Assembly: GCF_001194135.2 (NCBI RefSeq)
Contig: NC_068985.1
Span: 103,396,183-103,460,182 of the forward strand
Reading direction: 5' to 3'
Source: Octopus bimaculoides
Taxonomy: Eukaryota
Length of the DNA: 64,000 nt
In this document: positions 25,791 to 40,558 of the stretch, in pieces
Numbering within the stretch: the stretch's first letter is position 1
Layout of the letters: every line of letters starts with the position of its first letter
The notes under the pieces: model-generated
Seen by the model: only the letters and a program-made list of their open reading frames with translations
What the model was told of the DNA's origin: nothing
Database searches by the model: none
Translations under genes and position numbers: made by a program

Positions 25791-28700
25791 AATAATAATA
25801 ATAATTATAAAGATCTGGAAAATGAAATAACTAGTGTGATGACAGAAAGCAGAAATAAATTCTATAATAATAGGTACAGAGAGAAAGATAAAAAAGAAAG
25901 TAAGCTAACACATACATAAACAAATATACGCAATATACAAAGCATCTCACTACTAGATACTGCACAATTTTATATAAAGTACTTCAATTCAATCAGAAAC
26001 ACCATACAAAACAAAACACATCACTTATCCAAAGTAAATAGAGCTGCACTTGATACTAAGTAAATGACCACCGAAACAAAAGGAAAAATATAAGACTAGT
26101 GAAAACTATTAATAATATTAACAGTGATATATCAAATGTTTACTTTTAAAATTTTATTTTTACTTTTATTTTAAATGCTTTCCAGGAAAAATAGAAAAGG
26201 TGACTTTTTTTTCTTATCTGCCATTGTTGTTTTTATTGTTATGGCTGTTGTTGTTCACGGTGTTTTCTCCACTCATATTCACTGAAATACTTTCATATAT
26301 TAACTGTTGCTATTATGGATGGATTGAACACAATTTATGTTTGTGGTTTATTGTTTTCTTGGTGTATGTGGTGTTGTTGGTAATGAAATTGTTATATGTC
26401 CTTTTGTTGGTTTTAATGGGAAGTTTAACAAGTTACAATTGAAACTGTTTCTAAGGTAACAGGATAGTTAGTGTTATTGGAAATGTCGCATTGCAGAATA
26501 GAATTTTGTATTACCTTCTCTTGACAAGTATGTAGATCTCCATTTAACCACCATAGATTATAATAAGTATAGATTACTGCAGATGTTGACTATTATACCA
26601 CAGATCTCAGACAAATCTGATGGTCAATTATTGTGATAAAGAATATTACTGAAGTGGTAGTATTATATATAGTGAGATGCATTTGAGGTATGCTAAAGCT
26701 AGTAGGAAACCATTATTGATATGAAGGAGACATTTCTTTTTACTGATTATGACCTGAAGAGATAGAGCTATTAGCTACTATCCATACCAGAAACGTTTTC
26801 AACATCTGTTGCCACTTTAGCAGTTAGAAGGAAGATGAAGTGAGATATTTACTGACAGTTCTGTATCATTTTGCCTCCAATCTATGAACATTCTACTTGT
26901 GACCATCCAATTATTCCAGACATAGTTTATCTCAGACTTCATCATCCAATACATTGTTTTGTTCTCTTTGAAGATTGGATGTTTTTAATAGATTGAGCAA
27001 CTGCATGGTGGCTCCCACATTGGTTTGTAATAATTTGTCAATGCATTATATAAAAACAACTGATTTTTAAACGAAGACAAAAGATAGTTTCTCACACATA
27101 CTCCTAATGAATGTATGATAATCATTGCTTTGATTATTATACAAACCATTTATTAACTTAATTGTAAAGTTTTTTATATTTGTAAGAACTTTCTGAACAT
27201 TATTCAGTAGGAATCGCATTCCTGATTAGTCATTGCTCCAAGACTATTTCAATTCCCTGTTCACTTCATTGAAACCATGAAGATCCTTGAGCAAACAGTG
27301 ACTTTTATGATTCTTATTTTAATCTTTCCTTCAAAGTCAATACATTTGATCATTCATTGATGGAGTCCTTTTGTCATAAAAGAACAAGTAATTGACTTTA
27401 TTATACAATATGAGGCATAAATAAATATTTATCCTTTGTAATATCTTTATAATAAATATCTATCCTTTGTGATAACTGATTGCATTTAATCCATGAATAT
27501 TCAATAGAGGAATACATACGCACACACACATACTCTTCTGAAATCACCTTTCCTTCTTTTTATCATTGCACATTTAAGATATCTAGTGAATGGGATTTTA
27601 TGTTGTATATTAGCAGATTTTGTGTTATATGTTATTTATTTTTGCAACTCATTTGTTTTCTTTACTGGACTCAAAACAATCATACCATCATTTAGTATCA
27701 TCTTCAGTATAATTGCTATTTCTTTTCTAAAATCATTTCATTCTAAAATCATTTCAGTAGCAATATATTATTGAGTTCAAATTCCACCGAGGTCGACTTT
27801 GCCTTTCAACCTTTTGGGGGGGGGGGGTCGATAAATTAAGTACCAGTTGCGTACTGGGGTCAATCTAATCGACTGGACCCACCCCCAACATTTCAGGCCT
27901 TATGCCTAGAGTAGAAAAAATATATTATTATTACCACCACCATCATTAACATTATTTCCGTACTTACTAGCATCATGGACTTCATTAACATTTTTGCCAT
28001 CATCGTCTGTGTACCACTCCTCACTATGATCATCATTATAACTTCATTTTATCTTTATCATATACAGCAGCACTAAACACTAAAAATTCTTATTGTATAT
28101 GTTCTCCATACAGAAATATGTCATTTCATCTTTATTGCCATCGTCTTTGTTTATTTTGAAACGGAGTTCTAAAATATTTATTGTATATTCACCATAGAAA
28201 AACTTGTCATCTTCATTATCATCATACCATCCCTAACATTAATGCGAAAACAATGGATTTGATAGATGTGTCTGGATATAAATATTTTAATACCTCTTAC
28301 GTTACTCTTGAAAATTGGGTCTTGTAAATTGTAGCAAGAAATTAACTTCATCTTTCTTCTCCTTCACTCTCTTTCATCATCATCATCATCATCATCATCA
28401 TTATTAGTGGTTGCATTAAGTGCATGGTATTGATAAATTTGGGACAAATGTTATTTGTGGTCTAATTCGATTTCCAATTCCAGTTTTGTTTTACTTTGCA
28501 CTAATACCATTGAGAAAGACATTAACCACACACTCATTTTCTCCTTTCACACACCTTGCTATTACTCAAGATACCTTCAGCATGTTGTTGCTATTTGTCA
28601 TGGTGTGATTATGCAATAATGTTTTACACATGTAATTTGCATGCAAGTATTAATTTATGCATTAAAATATGAATATATATTTGGAAACGTTTTTGTACGA

Positions 28701-28899
28701 AAAGCAAAGATTGTTTAGTTGTTTATACATGTATTTATTTTGCTGTCAGTGTATTAGGTGGTCATGTTGATGATTATGTTGGTTAAAAATTTTAGTGTAT
28801 AATCATTAAAATATTAGTGAAAATTACCAAGGCTATGAGACTTCAATAAACATTGTTAGTATGGAGACATAATCTATTAGTTTATTGGAATTAACCAAA

Positions 28900-29780
28900 G
28901 GATTATGAATAGTTTGCCTCCATGTGGTGGTATTAAAGAAATTCTACCTGGTAAAACTTATATATGTCTCCCATTCAATGTACATTAGATAATTTAAGCC
29001 TTGACTTAGAAAGTATTGAAATACTCATCCTCCCTACAGTGCACATGTTATTTACCATTGTAAATATGGTTGCCCTTTACCTTGAGTGCAATAATCTATT
29101 AAAAGTTGTACAGCTTTTCTAAAGATGCAGTATACAGCTCAACGTAAGATTTTTAATGCTGACATTATTTGAGTTGTAGTAAAATAACACATATGTCAGT
29201 CTGCTGCAGGTCTTATTAGTGATTTACCGAAGTAAATTTAATGGACCGTATATTTCTTATAATAAGAGTTGATCTTTATGTCTAGCCTTGCATCTGTGAA
29301 TGTTACTTCAGGAAAATCTTTACCATTTGTTCTCATTATTTCCTCTCTATTAATCCTAAATCTTATGTCTCAGGCTTTCTCAACTACTACATTTAATAGG
29401 ATGTAAAACCTACAACTATTGTCTGTAGGTTCTTTTAGCAGCAATCATTCTGTTTGCAAGCATTTGGACCAGGTGTTTATTATGAAAATGATCCATCACT
29501 TATTTCTCCCCTCCTCTTACCAGTCTGTGACATGAAGCAATAAAGCCATGGATGCTTTTCTTCTTCTTCCATTATATATATATATTGCTGATACTTGATT
29601 GAAAAACTATTCCTTAACGCCAAGTAGAATTGGACTGCTGCTGGTTCAGTCTATCTCTCCAGTAGCTCATGGAAATATGTGACCCAAGCACTACAAATCA
29701 TTTAGGAATTATGTTTCTCTTGAGTTATGCAGCAAAAGCAATGTTTCTCCTCTACCCATTTGAAAGCAGATGACTTGAGC
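28900..29780 (-). mobile_element. Possible decayed LINE ORF2 relic
   Basis: Reverse-strand fragments WVTYFHELLE and a K(T)PGP-like word, as found between LINE endonuclease and RT; heavily interrupted. Confidence 0.3.
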
Positions 29781-30223
29781 CATTTGTAATTAAGTGAAAA
29801 TTAACAATGATTACAGGATTTAATAACTGCTGATACTTAGTATATCATTTCACCCAAAGTCATCAAAAGCTATTGTATTTCTCATTTTCAGTTCATGCTT
29901 CTTTCTGTTATATGTGCCCCAGCTACTATATACCTCCAGTATGTGACATTGAATAATGCAATTGTCATTGTTATTTCTCATGTTTGTTCATAATTCTTTA
30001 ACAAACAACATTTGTTACTTTAATTAAGCTCCTTTATCCCCATTACATATTTAAAAATTAGATTATCCTTCTAGTTTGTTAAAGATTACAAATTTGGTTT
30101 CATTTGATATTTCTTTTTGAGTTTTAGCATATGTTTAAAAGCAATCATTAAAAATTAGGGAATACAATAAAGCAAATATAATTTTTTTCATATAAGTAAT
30201 ATTGTTCTTGTATTCATTTGCAG

Positions 30224-32495
30224 TGAAACTTCGTCAGAATGGAATTATGGGGACCAAGATGGAAGAAGAAACATTGTGAAAGCTGTCAACCCTATGGGTA
30301 TGCTAAACCAAACTTTTGTGATGTCCTGCCACTCCCCTTCGGACATATTAAAATGCAATCCCGTTGCCCAACCACTGCCTTCCAAACGACATTTGCCACC
30401 ATCATCATTGCGACCTTATATTTTTCAGGACCAACAGAAGTCTGTTCAGCGCAGTGCCCTTCCAAAAAGTACATCCCTCAACAATGGGGCCAAAGCCCAA
30501 CAACAGGACACAATACTTGCTAATGTAAGACCTCCCAACAAACTGGTTCAGCAATGTCCAGACACAGACATTGTAACATCACTAAGACAACAACAGTTAT
30601 CCTCTCCTGGTCCTATGTCCCCCATTGGGCACGGGATTGCCTGTACAAGTGTTCACCGCAGTAATGTTTATAACCCTGTTTCACCCTGTTTGCTACAGTC
30701 GCACTCCCCTGTTAATTTGCATATTACAAGAGCACAAATTCATAGGCCAAATGGTGTCAGTGTTCCAGACAATACACAGAAGTATAAACATGCTTCTAGC
30801 ATAGTCGTTTCTACTGCTACTGTCACTCTGGACTCTGGACATTCTCCTGGCACTAATACTCTTAGAAATCATATGACGTCACCAGTTTGGACTACAACTT
30901 CACCTGGTATGTCTGCTGCCCCTGCTGCTGCTGCTGCTATTTACCATCATGCTCAACATCTCAAGTCATCTTCATCTATAGCATCTCTTAAGTCATGTTA
31001 TGCTCATAGCTCTATATTCTCACCTAACTCACAACATCACTCTATGAACAAAACCTACTTGACAAGTAGCCCTGATGATGCTAACAGTCTTCGCCCATTC
31101 CAGATAAGCGATATCAGTTCTGTACAGCCTTCATCATTTTCAGAGCGGTCACGTGACCAAGATCTGCCACAGTCACTGTTCAGTAGCCCTCGAGGAAGCT
31201 TTCTTCCTTCCAGCCTTTCTGAAAATGAGCCAGTCTATTCGAAAAGACATTTGAAAGAAAAAGAAAACCAACAGCTCACTTATTCTGGTACAGTGCCATT
31301 TAAAACTCGAAGCATTCACCCCCAGCAACGAAATTCTTCAGCTTATTTTCATACTGGCCAAGGGCCTAATTACTACCAGCCTCAACCTCAGCCTCAGTTT
31401 CACCTTGATAATGTAAGAAGAAATTTTTCTAACCCTCACCAACTCCAGACGCAAGCAGCAGCTCTTGCAACACACAACCACAATTTCGTGTCCCATGTAA
31501 GCTATACACATTCACACTCACTTTACAACAATTCAGAAGGTGGAGAGTGCAAGGACAACAACAACCAGTTATTTGGATATTCAAATAATTGTCAAGAGAT
31601 GGTTAAATGTGGTCAACTGGCCCCTAAACATCAGCTGAACTCCAACTGTACTCTTGCTGTCAACCAACCTCATCAGATGTCACCAATACCATCACAGACT
31701 AACTCTACTTTTAGACAAAAAGAATTTGACCCTTATAACTGCATTGAAAACATACCCCACACACATAGCACATACCCTGCTAAGGATCAGCCAAGTGACT
31801 ATTCTACGACCATGCCATGCTATAGGAATAAGACTCCAAACATCGACACTGTACTTAGTCATCATTTTGATGGTGGGGTCCCAGAAGAGATTCGAACTAG
31901 TATGAGTAGCTCAGGTCGGGGAAGTATATTTGGCAGGGTTAACTACCCCGATGGCATCAGCCGTACTAGTAGTAAAATGGATACATTTCCAGACTCCTAT
32001 AGCAGTGGGCTTGGTAGTCACCACAGTGGTCCATCGTCTTCGTTTTACACTCACACGAGGGCTGCAGCACCCATGGACAGTACTTCAGCGAGTTCTCTTA
32101 CTTCCCCTCAAGACTATGATGTCAGTTTGGACTCTTCCCTGATTATAGATGCTTCTAATTCCAACCGACGGGACTTCTCAGGAGATAAACACTACGATTT
32201 TGACTCAAGATTAATATCTCACAATGCTCCAGGTATTGTTGGGTGTAAACTGGATGAAAGACACTCAACACGCCGAGAGCCTTCCACCCGGAGCACAGCT
32301 TCACCACCAGAAATTTTGTTAAATGCTAATGATTTGTATAAAAGTCTCTACCCAAAGCCACGTAAGCCGAGTCGCTATAGCAACTCTGAAAAACGTTTTG
32401 AACGGCTGCGCGAAGAATACTATGAATATCGACGCAAGCAACTTACTCATTTGCAGCAGCAATATTTTAAATCAATGGACAGTGAAATGTTGTAA
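30224..32495 (+). CDS. Terminal exon of the type I membrane protein: ~756 aa S/Q/H/P-rich cytoplasmic tail ending ...RFERLREEYYEYRRKQLTHLQQQYFKSMDSEML*
   Basis: tattcatttgcag acceptor at 30222-30223; AA|T junction gives N-ETSSEWNYGDQDGRRNIVKAVNPMG, in frame with the 739-aa ORF. A 2.2-kb open frame with raised GC in AT-rich DNA. Confidence 0.9.
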
Positions 32496-33754
32496 TAATA
32501 ATAATAATAACAGCAATTATTGAAAAGAAAAAATTTTAAAAAACAGAACCTAAACTAAAGAATAAGCATTTTGAAAGTAAATGCATAATTTTGGGTGAAT
32601 TGAAAGTGAATTGGAAAATATGAAGATTTTGGAAATTTTTTTTTTTCTTTGTGTGTGTGAAGGAAAGAATAAAAGAATGAAAGAATAAAAGAAGGAAGCA
32701 AAACAACGTAAAGTTTTCATATATAATTTTGCAGGTGCTGTCATGAGTTTCAGTATCTTAGGAGTAAATTTACCTGGCACCTATTCTGTGATGGTCAGGT
32801 TGTAAATCTTTAAAGAAGGTAACTTAAGTTTGGTTTTTTTTTGTTTAGATATTCGCACAGGGAACATAAAGCAAATAGGTAACTAAATTTCAGTGTCACT
32901 TTTTGTTATGTGTGTTTTCTAAATTTGCCGTCATGTGTAAGGAAGATTTTTAAAAGTCATAATTTTCTTTTCTTTTGTAAATTCAATCCCATCCAATCTT
33001 GACTCATTCTTTTCATCTTCATGAAAATATTTGAGTGTGTGCTTGTCTTTGTGTTTTCTATGTCACACACAAACATATATAGTTTTGTGTGATCTCATGC
33101 CTCTATCTAAATGTGTCTAACTATACATAAAAGTACAGTTATACTGTGCATATTGGATCATTTTTTTCAAACACATGCATATATATCTGTACAAAAATAA
33201 TCTGTGATGAGGAGAGGAGAGAGAATATTATTTCTACGTTTAATTTTTAATTAAATTTTTAAAAATATATAAAACTAAGAAGGAAAAGATTATAGAAAAT
33301 ACAAAAGAGAATATATCAAACCATTTTTAATATAGTTGATATAATTTTGAGCATAATAATATTGTATAATCTTAAGGTTAATCAATTGTGATAATAATTA
33401 ACTATGATAGTAATACTTATTATTTGTTATTACCTTGGTTATCACGTCTATCATTCTGTTGATTGTTATTATAAAGTACTGTGGAATGGTAGAATCATTT
33501 GAGCATGGTGCAAAATACCTTATGGCATTTGTTCTGCCTCTTTACTCGAAGTTCAAATCTCACCAAGGTCAACTTTGCCCTTCATCCTTTCAGGGTTGAT
33601 AAAATAAAGTATCAGTCCAACTACTGGGAACAATGGCATTGTCTGACTCCTCCCCTTAAAATTGCTGGCCTTGTGCCTAAATCCATTTGGCAGTTGATAA
33701 AACAAAGAACCAGTCAAGTATTTGGATCGGTGGTATCAGCTAATCCCTCCACTA

Positions 33755-33756
<2 letters not shown>

Positions 33757-33812
<56 letters not shown>
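33757..33812. repeat. (AAT)n microsatellite
   Basis: Direct reading of the sequence. Confidence 0.95.
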
Positions 33813-36367
33813 GTGAAGTGGCAGAAATAGTAGAGTACACAACTAAATGCTTCACGGTATTTCATATTGCTTTCCCCACTCTGGAATAAATAAAATAAGT
33901 ACCTGAATCATACTAGAATCAATACAATTAAGTATGCCTCTTATTTGAAAGTCTCTGAACTTGTGGCAATGTGAGACATCATGGCAGAAATGGTAGTGCC
34001 ATTAACTAAATATCTTGAAGCATTTAGTTAGTTCTTTTACATTCTAATATGAAAGTTAATCACGCTTTTCATCTCTCTGGAATCAATGAGGAAAATTATA
34101 TACTTTAAAATTTGTAGCCAAAGTTAGAAACCAAAGGTGGTGGTCAGCAGAAATATCAATGTGTCAGGTCAGTTCCTTGTGGTCTATAATTATGTCCTTT
34201 TTCTCTTGAATTCAAATCCCACCAGGGTTGATGAAATAAGTATTAGTCATATACAGAGATAAATTCAGTTGGATACCTTCCCCTGCAGATTTGTAGTCTT
34301 GTGCCAATGTAGAAAATCAATATCATCATCATCATTATCATCTTCATCATCATCATCTTCATCATAGGGTTGTAGCAGGGTGTTGGATGGCAGAATTGCT
34401 AGAATGGTGGACAAAATGTTCCACAGTCAAATCGTGTTATGGTCGACTTAACCTTTCATCATTCTGGGGGTTTATATAATAAGTATAAATTAAGTAAAAC
34501 TCTAGTTTTGTACTTATGATGGAAATCATTATTATTATTATTATGCTGTGAATTGGCTGAAACAGTAGTAAGTCAGATTTATATGTTTTACTTATTTACA
34601 ATTTTATTTTCAATTTTGATTTCCATTTTTCCTCATTTGATAAAATATTTACTGGATTTGTGAAAATAAATGAAATATATAAAAATTAATAAGTATATAC
34701 CAGGCATATATACTATTTAATTTGATATGTCCCTCACCTAAAAGTCTGTGACCTTGTTTCAAAATCAGAAATTATTATTGCTTGTGTGTTAGGGCAGTGG
34801 GTTGGAAGAATCTTTAGAATGCCAGTCAGAAAAAATGCTTTGTGGTATTTGCTCTGATTATTTATATTCTGAGTTGAAATTCCGCTGAGATTAACTTTGC
34901 CTTTTATTCTCCCTGAGAATGATGACAAATGTACCAGTCAAGCACTGAGGTTGATGTAATCAGCTAACCATTCCTTCAAAATTACTGGTATTTACCTAAA
35001 TTAAAACAGTTATTGTCATTGTATGTGTGTCTGTCTATTAGGGCAGTGGATTAACAGAATTGTTAGAATATTTTTTAAAATGCCTTGCCATATTTTTTCC
35101 AGCCCTTTACATTTTGAGTTCAAATTCCACTGAGGTCAACTTTGTCTTTCACCCTTTCAGGACCAATAAAATTAAGTACTGAATCACTGATANNNNNNNN
35201 NNCACACACACACACATACAAATTTCATTCCTAATGCCTATGCTAGAAGCAGTCACTGTGGTAGGCAGTAATGTCTTAATTGATCAAAATTATAATTCTG
35301 GTTTGATTTCCAGTTGAAACATTTTCACTTTATATAGGGGTCTATTTTCCTTTATTTGACCTTTCAACTTCATAAATACTTCACAATATTCTTAGCAATT
35401 AACATCAGGTGATATTTCTGTATTAGGCGAAGCATTGAACCAATAACTATTATTTAAATACTGGATCTGCTTTTCTGGTCAGATACTGAGAAGCAATTGT
35501 GTTATTTTAACCTGTCAGCATCATTCAAAATACTCTGTCAAATGTAATGCTTTTTTATTCATATCGTTTTGAATTAATCATGCATTACCTTGTAGCTTCA
35601 AGATTTCAAGGATGTGGCAGACTGATATTGTAGGGTAGGTATGAGAGGCTGTATCTGGCCATTTTGAACATAAAACAGGTAAAATATTTTGGGCCTGTTA
35701 TGGCATAGGTTTACTTTGATTGCATAGACCAGTGATCAGAAGCATTCCAACCATAATCATTCCATGTTTTTGCTGAAACAGTAGAGTATATTCAGAGGAA
35801 TTTTGCTGCTATTTTCAGCAGGTTCAATGGCTCTTTTGTTGGCTCCCTCATTTTAGATGAGTTGTTTATCCTAGAGTTTGTTTTTGGACTATTCCTCTCT
35901 TTTTGAATGTTTAGCACCATAGATTGAGGATGTTTTTCATTCCAATCATTCATCCCTTTGAAGGGATGTTTCTGAGCTAAGCTTAGTTATTGAACCTGAT
36001 TTAGGAATATTCCTCGAATGGCAATTCAAGATGTGGAAAATAGTCTGAAAACAAACATCAGTATAGCAACTTATTCAAAATGAAAATACAAATACAGACA
36101 TCTTCATTTAAGTCAACAATGTCTTTGTGAAAATCAAACATTTTTTTCATCTCCATTTACTAAAATTTAGGGCTGATAATTTTAAGCAAAAATTACATTA
36201 TCATTATGAATTTGTTAGAAAATCTAATACAGCTTTCAGTTTAGAAAAAATACTAGAGTCAGTTAAATCTATTGAACCCAATTGCTTTCAAAATCTGTTC
36301 TTTTGTACGATATTAAAAGTCTTTAGGATAGTGAAGTTGAAATACTTATGTGTCATATGAGTGATGT

Positions 36368-36763
36368 GGAGGCGCAATGGCCCAGTGATTAGGGCAGCGG
36401 ACTCGCAGTCGTAGGATCGCGGTTTCGATTCCCAGACTGGGCGTTGTGAGTGTTTACTGAGCAAAAATACCTAAAAGCTCCACGAGGCTCCGGCAGGGGA
36501 TGGTGGCGAACCCTGCTGTACTCTTTCACCACAACTTTCTCTCACTCTTACTTCCTGTTTCTGTTGTACCTGTAATTCAAAGGGTCAGCCTTGTCACACT
36601 GTGTCACGCTGAATATCCCCGAGAACTATGTTAAGGGTACACGTGTCTGTGGAGTGCTCAGCCACTTGCACGTCAATTTCACGAGAGCAGGCTGTTCCAT
36701 TGATCGGATCAACTGGAACCATCGACGTCGTAAGCGACGGAGTGCCAACAACAACAACAACAA
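36368..36763 (+). mobile_element. Full-length tRNA-derived SINE with (CAA)n tail and 14-bp target-site duplication
   Basis: A-box-like tggcccagtgatt, B-box-like gtttcgattcc; TSD catatgagtgatgt at 36354-36367 and 36764-36777. Confidence 0.9.
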
Positions 36764-37699
36764 CATATGAGTGATGTTTTATAGTTAAGTAAGCTTGGTG
36801 TTTTACATTCAATTCCCATTCAGATACACTTTGTCTTTCATGTCTTCAGGAGCCTTGATAAAAGTATTAGTTATAAACTGAAACTGATTCAGTTGTTAAC
36901 ATCTTTCTTTCCATAATTAAACAATGATGTCTTTGTAGTCAAAAGAGCTCATCAACATCATCAGCGCCATTATCGTTGTCATCCTTATCATCATCGCTGC
37001 TGTCAATACACACAATTATTCCATATGAAATGTTCACTGATAAAGTAATCACTGGAGGTGCTAGATTTTAGTCCTGTCGGGTTGTGAGTGTGTATTGTAT
37101 CACAAGTTACATGTATACATACATGTGTGTGTGTATATATATAGTCACATGCATACTGTTCTCTTTTACAACACAGTTTACTTGACTTGATTCAGTCAAC
37201 TTATGCTGATTGATTAAACAAGAAATCATTTATCTTATGAAAGTTAACTTGTGATAGACGGTCATACTATCAGGGAGGTAAGATTTAATCTTTCTCCTAC
37301 TTTACTCTTTTAAATCTGCAGATAACAGAGAAGCTTTATGAAAAAAAAAAAAAAAATCAACAAATTTCTATAATTTTCAATTCAAATAATTTCAAAAAAT
37401 GACTTTCTGATGAATGTTTTCTAATAGTTCAGTACATTATAATTGCCAGAACAATGTTTTGGTGATTTAGTGTTGCAGCAATTAAAGAAACAACTTTCGG
37501 TCATTGATGCATACATTGCAATGACTAACGAAAAGTATTGTGCAAGAAAATATCCACTTTCAGTATGTGTGTGCATACTTAAAAGTAACAGTACAGAGTG
37601 ATGACAATTAAAAAGAACTTATAGATCAGTTTTATTTACACATTGTATTATTTGTTCAGGTAGTATTTATGCTGCTTGTACTACCTGTATATGTGGTTA

Positions 37700-38700
37700 C
37701 AGGTAGATACTGTTAATATTTGCATACTCTAGTACTGATCCAAGATGTATAAAAAACATACCTTTTGAAATTATATTGATATCCCTACATCAATGAAATT
37801 TAATAGAAGATTCATCAGAATTCCTCTATTGATAATACTTTCTCAACTACTATGAACATAAATGAAAATGTAAAAATTGTATATCAGTTTGAGCTAGAAA
37901 GAGCCCTCTGCTACAAAAACAAATGTACCCACTAGCATAAATACATATGCGAAACATTTTCGGAATGCATTGATATTTCCAAATATTGTACATATCAGTC
38001 CATTTATTTTGTATTATGAACCATACAGAACTTTATCACCGAACATAAGCATATTCAATTTACAACATTTGTGAAATTACTTACATATTCATGTTAAGAC
38101 TTATCACTTTCATACCCATAGCAATTTTGACCACACCCATAAAACCCTAATAACATTTAAATTTAAGTAAGATTATCATACTCCATAGCAACAAAGTCCT
38201 CTCTTAGATTTCAATATACTAGTTTATATCAGATTAATTGTTAAGGAGCTTTTATGGACTTCATATGCCCTCTTCATCCTTCTTAACTTGTTTTCCAATC
38301 AGAGAGAAATGAATGAACCAAAACCTACATTAGTCTAGTTTCAGCTTTGATTCACATATGATTTTTAATTATGAATATAAGCCTGATGACAAAATGATAT
38401 AAATGGTTAGACTGCTGGTAGCTAGGCTTACTGCTCTACTTACGTAATTCTTTATATGTATGTAAGTAACATTTCTTCAAAAATAGATGAATATAAAGTG
38501 AAAGCTTGCATGTAAAAAGTGTTTGCTTGTAAGTTTACAGCCTCCAGTACTGTAGGTGATAGAGTAACTGAAATGGTTGAACATCAAGTAACCCTAGGTT
38601 GATTAAATAGTTATCAGTATTATACTGAGGTATTTTCTCCAGCAAATATTGATCTTCTACCTAGTTAAAAGAAATCAATATTATCTGCTTGATTGAGGAA
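37700..38700 (-). mobile_element. Probable ancient piggyBac-like transposase relic
   Basis: Across frameshifts the reverse strand gives YW..TY..T.F...LS, SSLTIN, LWV...GY, MD*Y and IYASG..I....RGL in the order expected for piggyBac; many stops. Confidence 0.4.
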
Positions 38701-40523
38701 ATTACTGCAAATGTTTACTCTTCCACTACTTTGGTTGACTGAATCTAACTGATTATTTTAACTGCCACTCATTTGGGTTGACTTATAATGTTACTAAACC
38801 AGACATTAACATATTATTAGCCATTCCCACACTTATCCTAACTTCTAATACATTACCTGTGTTGTATTTTAACTTCTACTAATTGTTCATCTCTTTTAAA
38901 TCATATCTTCCAAAATGCTGTAGTAATCTTTAATCTTTGTACTGAAACAACCTGAGAACAGAGCTGTAATATTAACATCAGTAGCTTCAGAATAGTTACT
39001 GCAACTCTAGTAACATTAATTGCATTTATAGCAAGTTCTGAGATTTTATCGCCCAAGCCATGTTAGTATAGGAATAGGGGTGAAAAACAGTGATAATAGT
39101 TAATATATGGTGTTTAGTTATTACTATGAAGGTTTGGTTCTACAATAGATAGCTGTGTACATTGTATACATTGTACTATAATCCATCTGACAGATTTTTT
39201 TTTTTCATAATTTACAAAACAACATATTTCTCTGACGGTTTAATCTTTTTATATTGTGACTGCATAAGTATGTATACATTTGTACATATATGTATGAATG
39301 TATCTATCTATATATATATATATATATATGTATGTTAGAAGGTTTCCAGTTATACACTGTACCTATTTTACGTATATTTATGTAAGTTTATATGTGTTTG
39401 TGAAGCAGAAACATAGTTGTATGGTTAGAAACTCTACTTCCCGACTACATGATTTTAGGTTCCACTAGGGTAAGTGTCTTCTACTATAGCCTTACGCTGA
39501 TCAATGCCTTGTGAGCAAAATTTGGTTAACAGAAATTGTATGGAAGCCCTTCTTATATCGGGAGGGGGCGTATATGTGAGTTTGTTTCTGTGTGCCTTCA
39601 TACTGACATTGTTGGAGCAACAGTGATATTTGTTTGTCTCATAGACAATATTTTCAGTGGTTTGGCAGTTCTGATATGAGAAGAATAGAAGAAGAAAATT
39701 ATTTTACTTGCAAAACGAATAAGTGTTGGTGACAGAAAGGGCATCTGACCATAGAATGTATCAGTTAGTTTTGCTCAACTGATGCCATCATGATGGTGGA
39801 TGTTAAACAAGGAGTTGATGATGATATATAAACTTGCATAGTTATATACATGTCTGGTACAATACATAGCTAGAAGCCTTCTAGCAAATTTCATATGAAT
39901 TGTTGGGTTAGTGAGGAAACAGGGATGTATTAATGTCCAAAAGCTAAGGTAATGAAATATAGATTGAACAAACAACGACTGAGAGGAACCATAGACAAAA
40001 AAATAACGTTAAAAATCTGTTACACATATTTAGTTTAAAAAGTAATTTCATCCTTTCCCCAACATTGATTAATATGTCTTGAAATTCTTTATAAAAAGTG
40101 CAAAGTATTTCATCTCTAAAATCAGATCTTTTCTCATAGATTACTTACTAGATCATACACCTCAGGAATCTTGTTATTCGTAACTACCTCCCATATACTG
40201 AATATATAAAGAACCTTGGGGTTTACAGTATAACGCCAAGACAGTTACTATATAGGCCACCAAAAAGGTTTCTTTTACCAGAAATATTGCTTTCCCCACT
40301 TACACAAAACAAGCTTGGATAACCCTTGAATCACATAACCAAAGTTATCTTCCAAAGTGTAAATCCCTCTCCTCAATAATTCTTTAAGAAATACAAGTAA
40401 ATTAGGATCAAACTGGATTAAAGACTTTCCAGTTCTATACTTAAACACATGTAAATATAAAAAGCTGTTTCACAAATTTACTAATATATATATATATGTT
40501 CATATATTATCTCTTTCCTTCTC

Positions 40524-40558
<35 letters not shown>

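Noticed and set aside
26450-27400. Possible hAT or piggyBac transposase relic on the - strand
   Set aside because: Only isolated weak words (KWRSTYL, SINE..DFEGK) pointing to different families; not assignable by eye.
32330-32350. ITIM-like motif LYKSL in the cytoplasmic tail
   Set aside because: The residue at Y-2 is Asp, which does not fit the S/I/V/L-x-Y-x-x-L consensus.
37900-38850. Alternative reading as a decayed protein-kinase retrocopy (VAVKII) or a mitochondrial insertion
   Set aside because: No HRD/DFG/APE remnants, and stops persist under the invertebrate mitochondrial code; piggyBac-type words fit the order better.
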